NCBI GenBank assembly: GCA_963741205.1
Contig: CAVUHW010000022.1
Location: 32,001-96,000 of the forward strand
DNA from: Nitrospirota bacterium
Lineage (GTDB): Bacteria > Nitrospirota > UBA9217
Reading direction: 5' to 3'
Length of the DNA: 64,000 nt
Made by a program: the position numbers and the translations under genes. The notes under the pieces were generated by a model, which did no database searches, was not told the DNA's origin, and was given only the letters and a program-made list of their open reading frames with translations. Positions 1 to 11,478 of this stretch are shown piece after piece (position 1 is the stretch's first letter; each line of letters opens with the position of its first letter).

Positions 1-339
1 CTCTTTTTAATTTCGTCAAGAGAGGCGATGACCTCTTCCTTATTGATCGGCTGGGGGAAAAATTCCTTTACTCCCGTCTTCAATGCCTTTAAGAGGACCT
101 CCGGGTCCTTGCTCGAAGAGGTGAGGAAGACCTCCCTGGCCAGGCCTTTTGCCCTTGATGTGTTCTACGAGCTTGAACTCCTCATCAAGGTCATGGCCTA
201 TTTCCACGACCATGACGTCGCAGGGAGTGCCGTTGCTGCTGATGGAGAAACCCGGGACCGCAGAAACGGCCTCTTCCAGGTCAAGCGCGGCTGCGGGATT
301 TTTTATGTTCAGTTTGACGGCTATCTTTTTTTCAGGCAT
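1..339 (-). CDS. cpaE: Flp pilus assembly protein CpaE/TadZ, N-terminal receiver-like part (runs off window start, frameshifted)
   Basis: MPEKKIAVKL...CDVMVVEIG atypical receiver. The continuation in another frame reads VFLTSSSKDPEVLLKALKTGVKEFFPQP. Lies downstream of tadG in a Tad locus. Confidence 0.7.
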
Positions 340-358
340 TTCACTGATTCTCTCCGTT

Positions 359-1460
359 CTATTGCACCAGGTTTGGTATATGCCCAGAGGTCACCGAGAT
401 GTAAGTCCTCCGCCGGGGCCATTGATAATGCTGTCGCAGACAACCTGGGCGCAGATCACCTGTGTGTCCGGGGGGCTGGTAACTGAGGTTATTACAATCG
501 TGGAAAAACCCACAATTGTCATGGTCCCGTTGTGGATTGCTGCAATCAGTCCGAATCATAGACAGGTACGGCGGTCGTCCATGTGGTGGAGTCGTTATCC
601 TTGTCTAAGTACTCCGTCATTTTGTACCTTCATGGTATTAAAAAAGTCTGTCATGTTATCGAGGGCATTTGCTAGTGTTGCCACCGGTGAAATTGAATTG
701 CGTCATGGCCCGCGATGGTCTCGGGGCTTGACGTAGGTCCCGTTATTCAGCCCGTCTATGGTGTTTCTGAGAGTATTTGCGCTGGACGGGCTTTGATCGT
801 AAACATGCCATCCGGCGCATCCTGCTGGGTCATTCGTGGGATAAAGCTTGATGGGATTGTTGCAATAGACGTCCGGATCAGAGAACCAGGCCAGTGATAT
901 ACCTACCGGCAAGGGAAGCGCACCTGGGGATACCTCGGCGGCGGTTAAAGACGCCGTGGCCGTCGCAGAAACATTGAAAGAACCTATGCCCAATACTCCC
1001 GCAAGGAGTGTTGCAACAGGGCCGTTTGCAACGTTGTCTTTGCGGGCAGTCACATTCACGGCAGTAGGTCCGGTTGACTGCGGGAGTAAAGGTTTGGGTA
1101 GCAGGGTTCCAATTGCCGAGTCTGAAATCTGACGCTGAGTGATGGTAACGCCGCTGACTCCGGTGGCTGACGTCGCCACCTCTTGGGCTATCGTGCAAGA
1201 AGAGCTCCGGCATCGGGCGTATATATGCGCGCCTGAGCAGATATGTCATCGGTGCAGTATAATTGCACCGAGTTCTCCCGCGGCAGCAAGCGCCGCGGTG
1301 TCGGCGATATTTTGAAGTTCGTTTCTGCTGACCATCATATAGCCGACGTCTATGGCGAAGGCTGCAAAGCCGATAAGCAAGAGCATCAGTCAATGACCAC
1401 TACTATGGTCACGGTACCTCTTTTGTCTTTTAACCTTGCGGAAAGCGTCTTCCGGTTCAT
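359..1460 (-). CDS. tadG: TadG-like pilus assembly protein (several frameshifts)
   Basis: Start MNRKTLSARLKDKRGTVTIVVV is a pilin-like leader. Fragments include ELQNIAD.AALAA and NAVNVTARKDNVANGPVATLLAGVLG...VSATATA; ends GHIPNLVQ. Confidence 0.7.
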
Positions 1461-1587
1461 GTTGACCAACTCCTTTACCGCTGTCAGAGAACCGCCGATT
1501 CCTGTCGGCAATTGATATCGTTAGCCGAGATGGCGGTGTCAAAGCAGCCATTGATTGTCGTTAGAAAACTTTGTCCTCGAACGGAGA

Positions 1588-2008
1588 TCATTCGCATCTC
1601 ATAACGGTATTTCCGGTCAGGGTGAGCCCAGTCGGACGACAAGCTTATGAAATTCGGCAAAACGAAAAAGTTATACGTGTAGGTGACGTTAACCGTCAGA
1701 AGATTGCCGGAGGTTGACACAAGGCGGCCGGGACCGTGGTGACGGGTGTTGCCGGGCCAAATGAGATCAAGTTGCTTGCGCAGTAATGTGTTGACTGTTG
1801 CTGTGATAGCGCCGGCAGTCCGGCCTGGGCGGCGTGCATCAACAATTCCCATACGCGCCCCCTCCCTGCTTGCGTTCGTGATTACGGCCTTATCATAGAG
1901 GATGATGCTGAACTCGATTATCATAAAAAGGACAAGAAGCAGCATGGGCAGTATAAGTGCGAACTCCACGGCCGCGATGCCCTTTTTCTCTATTTTTTCC
2001 GTATACAT
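1588..2008 (-). CDS. tadE: TadE pseudopilin
   Basis: KKGIAAVEFALILP...NASREGAR motif. The likely true end TVMRCE* lies at 1588 in a shifted frame. Confidence 0.85.
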
Positions 2009-2312
2009 CTTGTCCCGTCCCTGCTGCGCATAGGTAGTATCGGTATTGATAAGCTCTGCGGCAGTCTGCTGAGGCCTGTCCTGAAGGAGCGAAGCTCTCC
2101 GTATATTTCTTCATAGTTCCGTCAGCGGCCGTGCCGGGAAGTCCCGTAACGGGCCTCAGGTTTTTCGAGGCCTCGGGGTTCAGGATCTGGCCTGACTTGG
2201 CCGCGTTGTACGACTTGCCGTAATCTTCTTCAAGGGCTCCGTAATGGGCGCACCCGGCCGTAATCAAAAAGATCAGGATAACGACTGTTGCATAATATTT
2301 TTCTCTCATCAT
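1990..2312 (-). CDS. Tad-locus lipoprotein (possible pilotin)
   Basis: Lipobox ITAGC followed by LEEDYGKSY...QILNPEA; sits between the secretin and tadE. End position approximate. Confidence 0.6.
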
Positions 2313-2386
2313 TGCCTCCCGTATGACTTGGCTCTTAGCTCCTAGCTCTCAGCCATGAGTCCATCAGCTATGAACCGCTTCTATTA

Positions 2387-3832
2387 TTACGGAACGATAT
2401 AGCCTACTTCGCCGTCAAAACCCTTTTTGCTGACAGGCACAGTAAGATTTACGTTCTTTCGGCTTCCCGACAGATCGCCAAGGAGATAGAAGCTGAAGTC
2501 CCCGGGGTCGCCGTACTTGTCCGTGGGCAGCGTCTGCTTGCTCATGTCGAGGGGCTTTACGAGATGGGGAGTCACGATCACCACGAGTTCCGTCTCGTTT
2601 TTCTTAAAGGAGGAGCTTCTGAAACAGCGCTCCCAGGATCGGGATGTCGCCGAGGAGCGGGAATTTTGCGATGTCTTCGGTCACTTTCTCGCTTAAAAGC
2701 CCCGCTAAAGCAAAACTCTGCCCATCGGCGAGTTCGACGACCGTGGAGACGCTTCTTTCCGTAAAGGCCGGGATCACGAAGCCGTTCGCGATGATGGCGT
2801 TGGAAAAATCGAGGTCCGAGACGCGCGGCTCCACTTTCATCGAGATCTTCCCTTCACTCAGGACCGTAGGGGTGAAGCTTAGTCCCACGCCGAATTTTTT
2901 GAACGTGACGGATACCGTGCCGAGCCCGGAGGCTTCGGGAATCGGCACTTCTCCCCCGGCGTTGAAGCTGGCCGTCTGGCCGCTCAGGGCCGTAAGCGTA
3001 GGCTCGGCAAGAACGGTAAGCAGGCCGTTCTCCTTGAGGGCGTCAATAAAACCCGTCCAGGTGGCGCCGTCATGCACGAATCTGAATATTGCGTTGACGT
3101 TCTGGGAAACGGCTATTCCACCCGGAGCGCTGATATCCGAACTTCCAAATGGAAAACCCAGGGGCGGCTGCGTTTTAAGCGTGGTAAGGTTATTGAGGAG
3201 GGATACACCGAACTTGCTGCCGTCCGCCGATACTCCGTTGAAATTGATGCCGAGCCTTCTCACGGTGCTTTTCTGTATTTCGGAGACCCTCACTTCAAGC
3301 ATCACCTGCTGGACGCCGCCGACATCGAGAAGGTTGACCACCTTGCCGAAAGGCCCGGCCATGGCAAGCGCCTGCGAAAGATTTGCGGCGTTTGAGACCG
3401 TGCCCGAAAGGGTGATGGCATCATTGGAAGAGGATACCTTGATGTTCTCCTCCTGGGGGAGTATCTCATGGAGCTTCTCCTTGAGGCGGACGATGTCCGG
3501 ATAGACTTCAATGTCGAATGTGGCTAAGACGGTGTCGCCTTCCCACAGGGTCAGATTGGTCAGACCCGGCGCTTTCCCGGTAAGATATATCTGCCGGGGC
3601 GTAAGCACCATGGCGTCCGCGAAGCCGGGCGCGGCCAGGGAGACCCTCTTTACCGCGGTGGGGCTCTCGATGACGATGGATTTTCCCGACCATGAGGCTT
3701 ATCTTCTGGGGTGATGCGACATCGAGCTTGATTACAGACTCTTTCGCCGCGGCCTCATGAGCAAGGATAGCGTATGCTAAAAAAACGAATAATAACTGTT
3801 GATAAAGCCCCCCGGAATGGTCTATTCTCCAT
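2387..3832 (-). CDS. cpaC: Tad secretin CpaC/RcpA (frameshifted)
   Basis: QQVMLEVRVSE, LAEPTLTALSGQTASFNAGGEVPIP, KFPLLGDIPILGALF and VIVTPHLVKP secretin motifs; BON-like segment. Confidence 0.93.
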
Positions 3833-3836
3833 GACC

Positions 3837-4711
3837 CTATTCACTCCCTTCTTTGAATTTCACTTCATCGACTTTCTGGCCTTCGATCAACTGGACCTTT
3901 GAGTAATATTCCTTTGCAGGTACATGCGGCTCGGCAACGACCTTTTCTTCTTGCGTACTGCTTTCTTCTCCGGCGCGGGGCCCTTGCCGCTTAAAAACCT
4001 GACGAGCGACTGCACCGTGGCTCCCTTTGTGCCGATATTCTTGGTATCGCTGAAATTCCTGAGGGAGAGCTGGAGTTTCCCTTCCGCCGAGGCGAGGGCG
4101 AGCACTTCGGCCTCCTCGGGCGACACTTCGAGCGTGATCACGTCCACCTCGACGGGCTTTTCCTGCTTGCCTCTGATCTCCGTTTCCGTCCCGGTGGCGA
4201 GGACGGGGATGTTTTCGAGGACGGTCATGGTTACCGGCATGCATCGAATTTGCAGGCCTGAAGGTGGCGACGACGTCCACCCTGTTTCCCGGATGTATGA
4301 AGCCCGACACACCCTGCACCTTATCCACCTTCACGCCCATGGCCCGCTTGTTTTCGGATATCACGGCCGCAACTCCGCCTTTGGTGATGTCCGAGGGCGC
4401 CAGGCGGGATTCGAATATCGGCTCATCGGCCTTTATGGGGGTGATGACGACGCGCCCCGCAACCGTGGCTGGGTCTGTAAAGAAACCGATGTCAGGCTTC
4501 CCTTGAGGAATGGAACGGTCTTTACCATTTCCGGCTTTATGATCGTCCCCCAGTTCAGGTCAGTAACGGCCACGGCCACGTTCACGAGCTCCCCGCGCTG
4601 GCTTGCGAGCGCGACGGACCTGTCCTTGAGCCAACGGTAAACCAGAAAGCTCGTGGTGAGAGCGACCAACACGGTCAAGACGATAAGAATTATGGGTTTA
4701 TATCTTTTCAC
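3837..4711 (-). CDS. cpaB: Flp pilus assembly protein CpaB (frameshifted)
   Basis: N-terminal TM, SAF domain VAVAVTDL..G, KRAMGVKVDKVQGVSGFIHPGNRVDV, VLENIPVLA, ITLEVSPEEAE. Confidence 0.92.
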
Positions 4712-4754
4712 ATCACACCCCCGGATTAACGGATAAATAATTTCACTTTAAATG

Positions 4755-4787
4755 CGGGAGAGATGCTTATCGAAGCATCTCTCCCGA
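4755..4787 (-). terminator. Hairpin between flp and cpaB (terminator or mRNA stabiliser)
   Basis: cgggagagatgctt-atcg-aagcatctctcccg perfect stem. Confidence 0.65.
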
Positions 4788-4803
4788 AAGCTTGCAGAAG
4801 CTA

Positions 4804-5003
4804 CTAAGTTGCCCGCCACAACGTGTAGGTCAGAAATTGCTTACCAATTGCAGCCGTAAGCATAGCCGCATGACTCGCCGGCAAGAAAGCCGCTGATGAT
4901 GATGAGCCGCCATGATGACTCGCGACCGAGCACCCACTCTCACGCTCACTTCGCCCTTTTCCTCCTGCAGTTTCATCCGCATGTATCTTAACATCTCCTT
5001 CAT
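4804..5003 (-). CDS. flp: Flp type IVb pilin (frameshifted)
   Basis: RBS aaggagg, then MKEMLRYMRMKLQEEKG/EVSV(E)W followed by a hydrophobic helix; about 65 aa; first gene of the Tad operon. Confidence 0.75.
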
Positions 5004-5208
5004 ATATTTCCACCTCCTTTCGTGATAAAGATAAATTCGGCCCATGATGCCGTCTAGCTTCTCTATTTCTTATCCTGAACTTACATAAGCAGCATTTTAC
5101 TGCACTCATTCGTATGGCGATAAAGCTCTTGCAACGAGCTACCGGCATGAGCGATAAGCCATCTAAAAGATCCCCGGAATAAAGCGGGCTCTCCTCAGGG
5201 AATAGGTC

Positions 5209-5799
5209 TCATACTCCGGGAATATATTGGCAAGAAGCTTTTCTTCCTGTAAAGCACGGTATATCAACAATGCGATAAGCAGGCAATATATGGCCATTGC
5301 TGAAGTTGAGAGTCGGGCCAGGACAACGCCGAAAGATGGAAATCAACTCACCCAAATATACTGGATGGCGCACAAGCTTGTAAGGGCCTGTTTGCACCAG
5401 CCTTCTTGCCTGGGGAATGATGCTGAAGCTTCTCCCAAGCGTACTGAGCGAATAGAGCGCGATAGCAATACCGAATATGGTTGCCAGGTTGGCTGAGAGC
5501 ATTATGTCAGGATTATCCGATGGCCTGCTCAACATCGGTATAGTGAACGGCAAAAATGTTGCGACAACAGCGATGGTTTTTGTCAATAAAAGATTTTGTG
5601 GTTGATTTGGCGGCGGTTCTAATGAAGTAAAGAAAGACCAATAAAGCATAGAAGCATACAAGAAGCAGGCGATGTATGAGCGTGGCAACCTTAATCGTGC
5701 TAACGGGCTCTAAAGCTTTTGCTTCCCCGTAAACACCCGTTATGTTGATATCAATAACAGGCTGAATATCGGTATGATTATCAATCTTCCGATGTCCAT
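5209..5799 (-). CDS. Isoprenylcysteine carboxyl methyltransferase (ICMT/PEMT) family membrane protein (frameshifted)
   Basis: LGRSFSIIPQARRLVQTGPYKLVRHPVYLGE signature; multiple TMs. Confidence 0.85.
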
Positions 5800-5876
5800 T
5801 TTATGCGCAATTTGGTTTATCGACACAAGCTTCCCCCGGATACACAAACAACCATGCATTTATGTTTACCTAAGAG

Positions 5877-5892
5877 AGCAAGTTCGATGCCA
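5877..5892 (-). promoter_or_regulatory. Sigma-54 (-24/-12) promoter
   Basis: Minus strand reads TGGCATCGAACTTGCT, an exact GG-N10-GC match, about 80 bp upstream of the ICMT-family gene. Confidence 0.75.
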
Positions 5893-5957
5893 CTATTGAG
5901 AAGCTCAAAATTTCAACTACTTGCCTGCGTCTATATCCGCGCTATGGTCAGGATTGA

Positions 5958-6032
5958 TTCTTTTGGAAACAGTTTATTCTTTATTGCCCATTATTTTATT
6001 GATTGCACTGTTTCTTTTGGAAACAGTTTATT
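5958..6032. promoter_or_regulatory. Tandem putative enhancer (UAS) sites for a sigma-54 activator
   Basis: ttcttttggaaacagtttatt repeated at 5958-5978 and 6012-6032. The second copy overlaps the palindrome ctgtttc-ttttg-gaaacag (6008-6026). Confidence 0.6.
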
Positions 6033-6089
6033 TAACTCACTATAAATTAATGGATATTGCAATATTTTTTGTTTACTTTGGATACATTG

Positions 6090-6648
6090 TGGGTCTCTCC
6101 AGAGTGTTTTCAAAGGCGCCATGAGCGCAACTACCTGCAATGTCTGCCGTTTCTTAAATGGTGTGTCATGGTTTTCAACTACCATATTTCGGATTGCCTG
6201 ATCGGCCAGTGCTCTAGATATGACGATTGCTGGCCCCAGCGTATCGGTGACAAATCTTGGTATCAACAGTGAGTCTAATTTTGGTATCAACATGAGTCTA
6301 TGCATGTCCGGAATAGCAGAGCTTTTTTCCCGTTGTCTCCTGGTAAGCAACCCGGCATCCGGCGGCAGGGGATGTCGAGAGCTTGATGGTAAGCTTTGCT
6401 GTTCATCGACATCATCATTCCTTGTACCTGACGATTAACAAATTTAAAACGGTTTTCCTCCGATGTAATCATTACAGGGAAAAGCTTTCGGGTCCTGATC
6501 CAAGATCACGCATAGGGGATCAGCGGATGCGCCATATCAATCGAAGCGTTAAGTGTTTCGAATACAAAAACGGTAGGGTAGGTATGGCTATACAATATTC
6601 AAACATCGCAGCACATCCATTTATGTGAAGCAAATTCCTGCAATGCAT
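6090..6648 (-). pseudogene. Degraded or low-quality LuxR-type HTH regulator
   Basis: RBS ggagg plus ATG near 6648. Cross-frame fragments LLTRRQRE, GASNRHI, VENH, FKK..LQVVALMA resemble a LuxR C-terminal HTH. Boundaries approximate. Confidence 0.35.
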
Positions 6649-6734
6649 ACCTCCGCGTCCCAAGTTTCCGGCACATGATAATCGGCAATCAGTGCGGAAA
6701 AAACGATTGACAATTCTGATACAGGCTGTTATAA

Positions 6735-7685
6735 ATGTCGTCTATGCTTCAGGCAACGGATAAGATCTGGATGAACGGCTCCTTCGTCAAGTGGGACGAC
6801 GCCAGGGTGCACATCCTTACTCATTCGCTCCACTACGGGACCGCCGTGTTCGAAGGCATCCGCTGCTACAAGGCCGATTCCGGTTCCGCGGTGTTCCGGC
6901 TCCAGGAGCATGTTGACCGGCTCTTCGATTCCGCGCACATCCTGCAGATGGAGATGCCCTTCACCCGGGAGGCCGTGACCGAGGCGATCCTCGAGACGAT
7001 CCGCGTCAACAAGATCGACGCCTGCTATATCAGGCCGCTCGCGTATATCGGCTACGGCGCCATGGGGGTCTTTCCCAAGGAAAACCCGGTTGAGGTTTCG
7101 ATCGCGGTCTGGCCCTGGGGCAGCTACCTCGGAGACGAGGGCATCAAGAACGGCATCCGCGTGAAGATCTCGTCGTTTTCCCGGCCCCATGTGAACGCGA
7201 CCATGGTCCGCGCCAAGACCACGGCGAATTACGCGAACTCGCTCTTGGCCAAGCGCGAGGCGCTCAAGGACGGCTACGACGAGGCCATCCTGCTCGATAC
7301 CGACGGTTATGTTGCCGAGGGCAGCGGCGAGAACGTGTTCATGGTGCGCAAGGGCGTGATCAAGACCCCGCCGCTCACCTCGATCCTGGAAGGCGTTACG
7401 CGGGACACGGTCATGCAGCTCGCGGCGGAGCGCGGCATGAGGCTTGCCGAAGAGCGGTTCACGCGGGACGAACTGTATATCGCCGACGAGGCCTTCTTTA
7501 CCGGCACCGCGGCCGAGATCACGCCGATCCGCGAAGTGGACAATCGCGCCATAGGATCGGGCAAGCCGGGGCCGGTGACCAAGGAGCTGCAGACGGTATT
7601 TTTCGATATTGTTCACGGCCGAGACAGCAGGCATGCGGATTGGCTAACGCCGGTCCATGCGAAACAGCCGGCGATGAAGAAATAA
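6735..7685 (+). CDS. ilvE: Branched-chain amino acid aminotransferase
   Basis: HSLHYGTAVFEGIR, AEGSGENVF, ILEGVTR, ADEAFFTGTAAEITP. Confidence 0.97.
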   Translation: MSSMLQATDKIWMNGSFVKWDDARVHILTHSLHYGTAVFEGIRCYKADSGSAVFRLQEHVDRLFDSAHILQMEMPFTREAVTEAILETIRVNKIDACYIRPLAYIGYGAMGVFPKENPVEVSIAVWPWGSYLGDEGIKNGIRVKISSFSRPHVNATMVRAKTTANYANSLLAKREALKDGYDEAILLDTDGYVAEGSGENVFMVRKGVIKTPPLTSILEGVTRDTVMQLAAERGMRLAEERFTRDELYIADEAFFTGTAAEITPIREVDNRAIGSGKPGPVTKELQTVFFDIVHGRDSRHADWLTPVHAKQPAMKK

Positions 7686-7795
7686 GATATCCGCAGATCA
7701 CAGAGACATCCAGACTGACAGCCTGAGTGCTCTGCAAGCATCCAGCTTTTCTCCGTAGCGCTCTGTGAGATCTGTGGCAATAGGTTTTCACAAGT

Positions 7796-7880
7796 GCCGA
7801 AGTGGTGGAACTGGTAGACACGCACGTTTGAGGGGCGTGTGGGGCAACCCATGGGGGTTCGAGTCCCCCCTTCGGCACCA
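7796..7880 (+). tRNA. tRNA-Leu (GAG)
   Basis: GCCGAAG acceptor stem pairs with CTTCGGC followed by ACCA; D-loop TGGTAGAC; anticodon loop TTGAGGG; long variable arm; GTTCGAG T-loop. Confidence 0.96.
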
Positions 7881-8039
7881 TTTTTACCCCAGCTAGAAAT
7901 TGTCGTAGAAAGCGGGATGAACCATTTGCGAAACGTTGGATGAACTGTGTTCTGCAACAGGGTAACTGATATACCTTTATCTTTATTGAACACTCGACAC
8001 AGGCACGCGGCATTCCATCCCGTTTTCCTGACTCATCCA

Positions 8040-9648
8040 ATGGCCAAACTTCTCCCCATAATTCTGTTCTGGTTCTCCGTCGTTTTCTTTCCCGTGGCAG
8101 GCCTTGCCCAGCCTCCGCAGAACGCCAGCCTCGGGATCGTGTCCGCTCCGCTTGCCAACGTCCACGAAGAGCCGCTCCCCAAGTCCCGGCTTGAGACACA
8201 AGTGCTCATGGGAGACGAGGTGCGCATCCTGGAGAAGCAGGACAACCGCTACAGGATCTCGATCCCGAACCAGGGCGACCGGGAAGGCTGGATCCAGCAG
8301 GAAGCCGTGCAGATTCCGAAGGACAAGGGTCGCTTCTATCTTAACTCCGATCGTCCCTGGATCATGATCGCGGTGCCCAAGTCCGAGGCGCTGATACTTG
8401 ACAAGACCGGCGATCATAAAGTCCCCCTCTATGCCGGCACGCGTCTTCCGGTGCTCGAAACAATAAAGAATGGTTTCAAGGTCCAGTTTCCGGACCGGTC
8501 CGTCGCAATCATCGCCGGCGCCGATGTGATGCCGGTGAAGTCCTCGGATCCGGTCGTGAACAACACCAAGCCCGACGAGATCGCGAACACGGCAAAGCGC
8601 TTCCAGGGCGCCCCGTATCTCGCGGGAGGAATGACCGCCCAGGGCATCGACATGAACGGCCTCATCTCCGTCAGCTACCGCGTCCATGGAATCACGATCA
8701 ACACGGAGCGTATCGGACATCAAGGCACAGGGAGCGCGCGTATCGAAGAAAGACCTCGATCCCGGCGATATCCTGGTCTTCTCCGGGGAGGGCAGGGGCC
8801 TTTACGTAGGGGACGGCCGGTTCCTCCAGGTTGCGAAAAAAGGCAAGGTCCAGCTTGCCGGCGTCGCCGACCGGCGACATGCCAACTCACTCCAATATTG
8901 CCTTCGGATTCTCGGCGCCGGCCCTGACGAGAACAAGCGCACGGCCCAGATGGCCGCCGACGAGATCCTCCTCGCGCAGGCGCGGGTGACGCAACTCCCA
9001 ATCGGCAAACGCATAGCCTACTGGGCAGGCCGCTTCATCGGGACCCCTTACGACACCGACCCGCTCGGACTCTATGTTCGTACGAACCGCATCATAGCCG
9101 ATGAGAAGGTCGACTGCATGTACCATACATTCCGCTCTGTAGAACTTGCGCAAAGCGGTACGCCGGGCGAGGCCGTCGACCGGGCGCTCGATCTCCGCTT
9201 TACCTCCCGGGGAAAGCTCGCGGACGGCCTCGTCACCAACTACGATGAACGGTTCCAGTACGGCGAGGACATGGTCATGAGCGGCAAGTGGGGGAAGAAC
9301 ATTTCTGCCGAACTCGGCGCGATAAAAACGATTCCCGGCTCGCGGGGCAAGGACACGGTGGACATCCTTCCGAAAGAGGCCCTCCTGTCCAAGGCGCTCC
9401 AGAAAAAACTCCAGGACGGAGACATCGTCTACTGGGTCAAGGACCCGAAGAAGCGCGTAGTCGAGGAGATCGTGGCCCACCTGTCCATCGTGCAGGTCAA
9501 ATCCGGCACACCCTATCTCATCCATGCCTCGGGGAGCAAGAACCAATGGGGCACTCCGAACGGCGGCGTGGTCAAAGAGGTCCCCTTCGCCGAGTACGTG
9601 AAGAACATGAAGTTCATCGGCGCCTTCGTGACACGCTTCGAGCAGTAG
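8040..9648 (+). CDS. Secreted SH3b + NlpC/P60-like + DUF1460 (amidase-like) peptidoglycan hydrolase (frameshift near 8720)
   Basis: Signal peptide; SH3b ETQVLMGDEVRIL...GWI; AKRFQGAPYLAGG..GID; second domain FIGTPY...VDCMYH...H...LIHAS. Confidence 0.8.
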
Positions 9649-9929
9649 CCATTGGCTAAAAATAGCCCATAATCCGCTCCGCCGATTCTCGCCCCGGTCC
9701 CAATAGCTCCATCCTCCCTTGTCTCTTCTCTTGCCCTTTCCATCGAATTATAGTTAAAGTCATGTAAATATTGCAGAATACCCAATGCTCGTGAATCTAG
9801 CAATCCATCAAGCAAGAAGATTTTACGCTATTCCGGAACCGAAGCGTGAGCTGGGCGCAGACTTCAACGATATGGGGAGACCTCGCCGAAGCCCTCTCCA
9901 TATGAAGCGGGGGAGCTGCTTGAAAACAT

Positions 9930-10141
9930 TAGATACGTCTGGAAGACTGGCACCGATGCAGTCCCGCAATCTCGGACCTGCCGAAGAATTGAAGAACTGT
10001 AAAAGATCAGAACTGGCCGACATCTTCATATTTCTGACGTATATCAGCGAGGAATATCAATCGATCGGTTTAAAGAAGTTGAAAGCAAGATTCGCGCAGA
10101 ACGCCGCCAAGTATCCTGTGGCCGGATGTTTCAGAGATTGA
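9930..10141 (+). pseudogene. MazG-like/dCTP pyrophosphatase remnant
   Basis: Cross-frame fragments DWHR..SPRNL, ELADIFIFLTYISEEY and QNAAKYP. Confidence 0.55.
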
Positions 10142-10457
10142 CTGGGTGTACATCTGGATTAATCGTAAAGAGTTATCAAAGAAGTACGGCACACCGGACT
10201 ACTGGGGGTAGAGTAAAAGGTGAGAATAACTTTGAAAGATAACTGGGACGTTCGTTCTCAGAGTGCATTGCGGCGTAAGGTATCAAAGGCCTGCTTCTTT
10301 CCGAGCGACATGAATCGATTTGGCGAGATGTAATGCGGCGTGCGGCGGTAATCACAGTAAATTTGTAGCCCGGCTCACGGCAGCAAACCACCATAGGTAT
10401 ATAGGCTCCACTGCCTCAAGAAAGCAGAGCTTAAGTTTGTGGAGCGGGGGAAATAAT

Positions 10458-11478
10458 ATGAAAGCTGTATTGAGCACGGATTACAAAACCTTTCTCGGAG
10501 AGATAAAAGAGCGCATCCATAAGGCCCAGTATGATGCTCTTAAAGCAGTAAACAAAGAGCTGATAAACTTGTATTGGGACATAGGCAGAGTCAATAGTGG
10601 CAAAGCAGGATACGCTTAAATGGGGCAAGGCAGTTGTGGAGACGCTGGCAAAAGATCTGCAAAAAGAGTTTCCGGGGATACAGGGGTTTTCTGCTGAGAA
10701 CCTTTGGAGAATGAGGCAGTTTTACAAAACATATGCGGAAAACGAAAAACTCTCACCATTGGTGAGAGAAATTAGCTGGACAAAGAACGTCATCATTTTC
10801 ATGCAGTGCAAAAATGCTTTAGAGCGTGAATTTTACATCAAGGTGACGAAAAAGTTTGGTTGGACGAAGGATGTCCTGATACATCAGCTTGAGGCGGGCG
10901 CGTACGAGCGGTTCATGGCAAACCAAACCAATTTTGATAAGGCGGTGCCAGAACGGTACAGACATCAGGCGAAGCTCGCAGTGAAGGACGAATACTCATT
11001 CGACTTTTTAGAGCTTGCCGACGAGCACTCGGAGCGCGAGCTTGAGCGGGCGCTCCTTGAGCACGTCAGAAAGTTCCTCATAGAAATGGGGGGCTATTTT
11101 GCCTTTGTCGGCAATCAGTACCAGCTGGAAATTGATGACCAGGAGTTCTTCATCGATCTGCTGTTGTATCACCGGCAACTGCGTTGTCTTGTCGCAATCG
11201 AACTGAAAGTCGGGGCCTTTAAGCCCGAATATGCCGGCAAGATGCAGTTTTATCTTTCCGCCTTGAATGATAGAGCAAAGCTTCCGGAGGAGAACCCTTC
11301 CATCGGCATTATCTTGTGCAAGGATAAAAGCAGGACTATTGTGGAGTACGCGCTGAAAGACACAAAAAAGCCCATCGGCGTATCCACGTATAAACTGACG
11401 GAAAAACTGCCGAGGGACCTTAAGAAATATCTCCCGTCTCCTGAAGAGATGATTGAAAGAGTGAAGCTATTGGGCTGA
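10458..11478 (+). CDS. yhcG: YhcG/DUF1016 PD-(D/E)xK nuclease (frameshift near 10590)
   Basis: AVNKELINLYWDIG, GFSAENLWRMRQFY, KDEYSFDFL, FIDLLLYHRQLRCLVAIELK, ENPSIGIILC. Confidence 0.93.

Noticed and set aside
5129-5147. Sigma-54 promoter for flp (cGGtagctcgttGCa)
   Set aside because: Spacing is GG-N9-GC, one base short; it cannot be supported without correcting the sequence.
5684-5742. c-di-GMP-I riboswitch-like look on the minus strand (gcaaaagc...ggttgcc)
   Set aside because: It lies inside the reconstructed ICMT-family coding region and lacks the GNRA-capped P2 stem.
6257-6301. Tandem duplication ttggtatcaaca(g)tgagtcta
   Set aside because: Only two copies with no spacer, in a very degraded region; probably an artefact or local slippage, not CRISPR.
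7796-7880. tRNA-Leu as an integration site
   Set aside because: I saw no duplicated tRNA 3' end and no adjacent integrase in the window.
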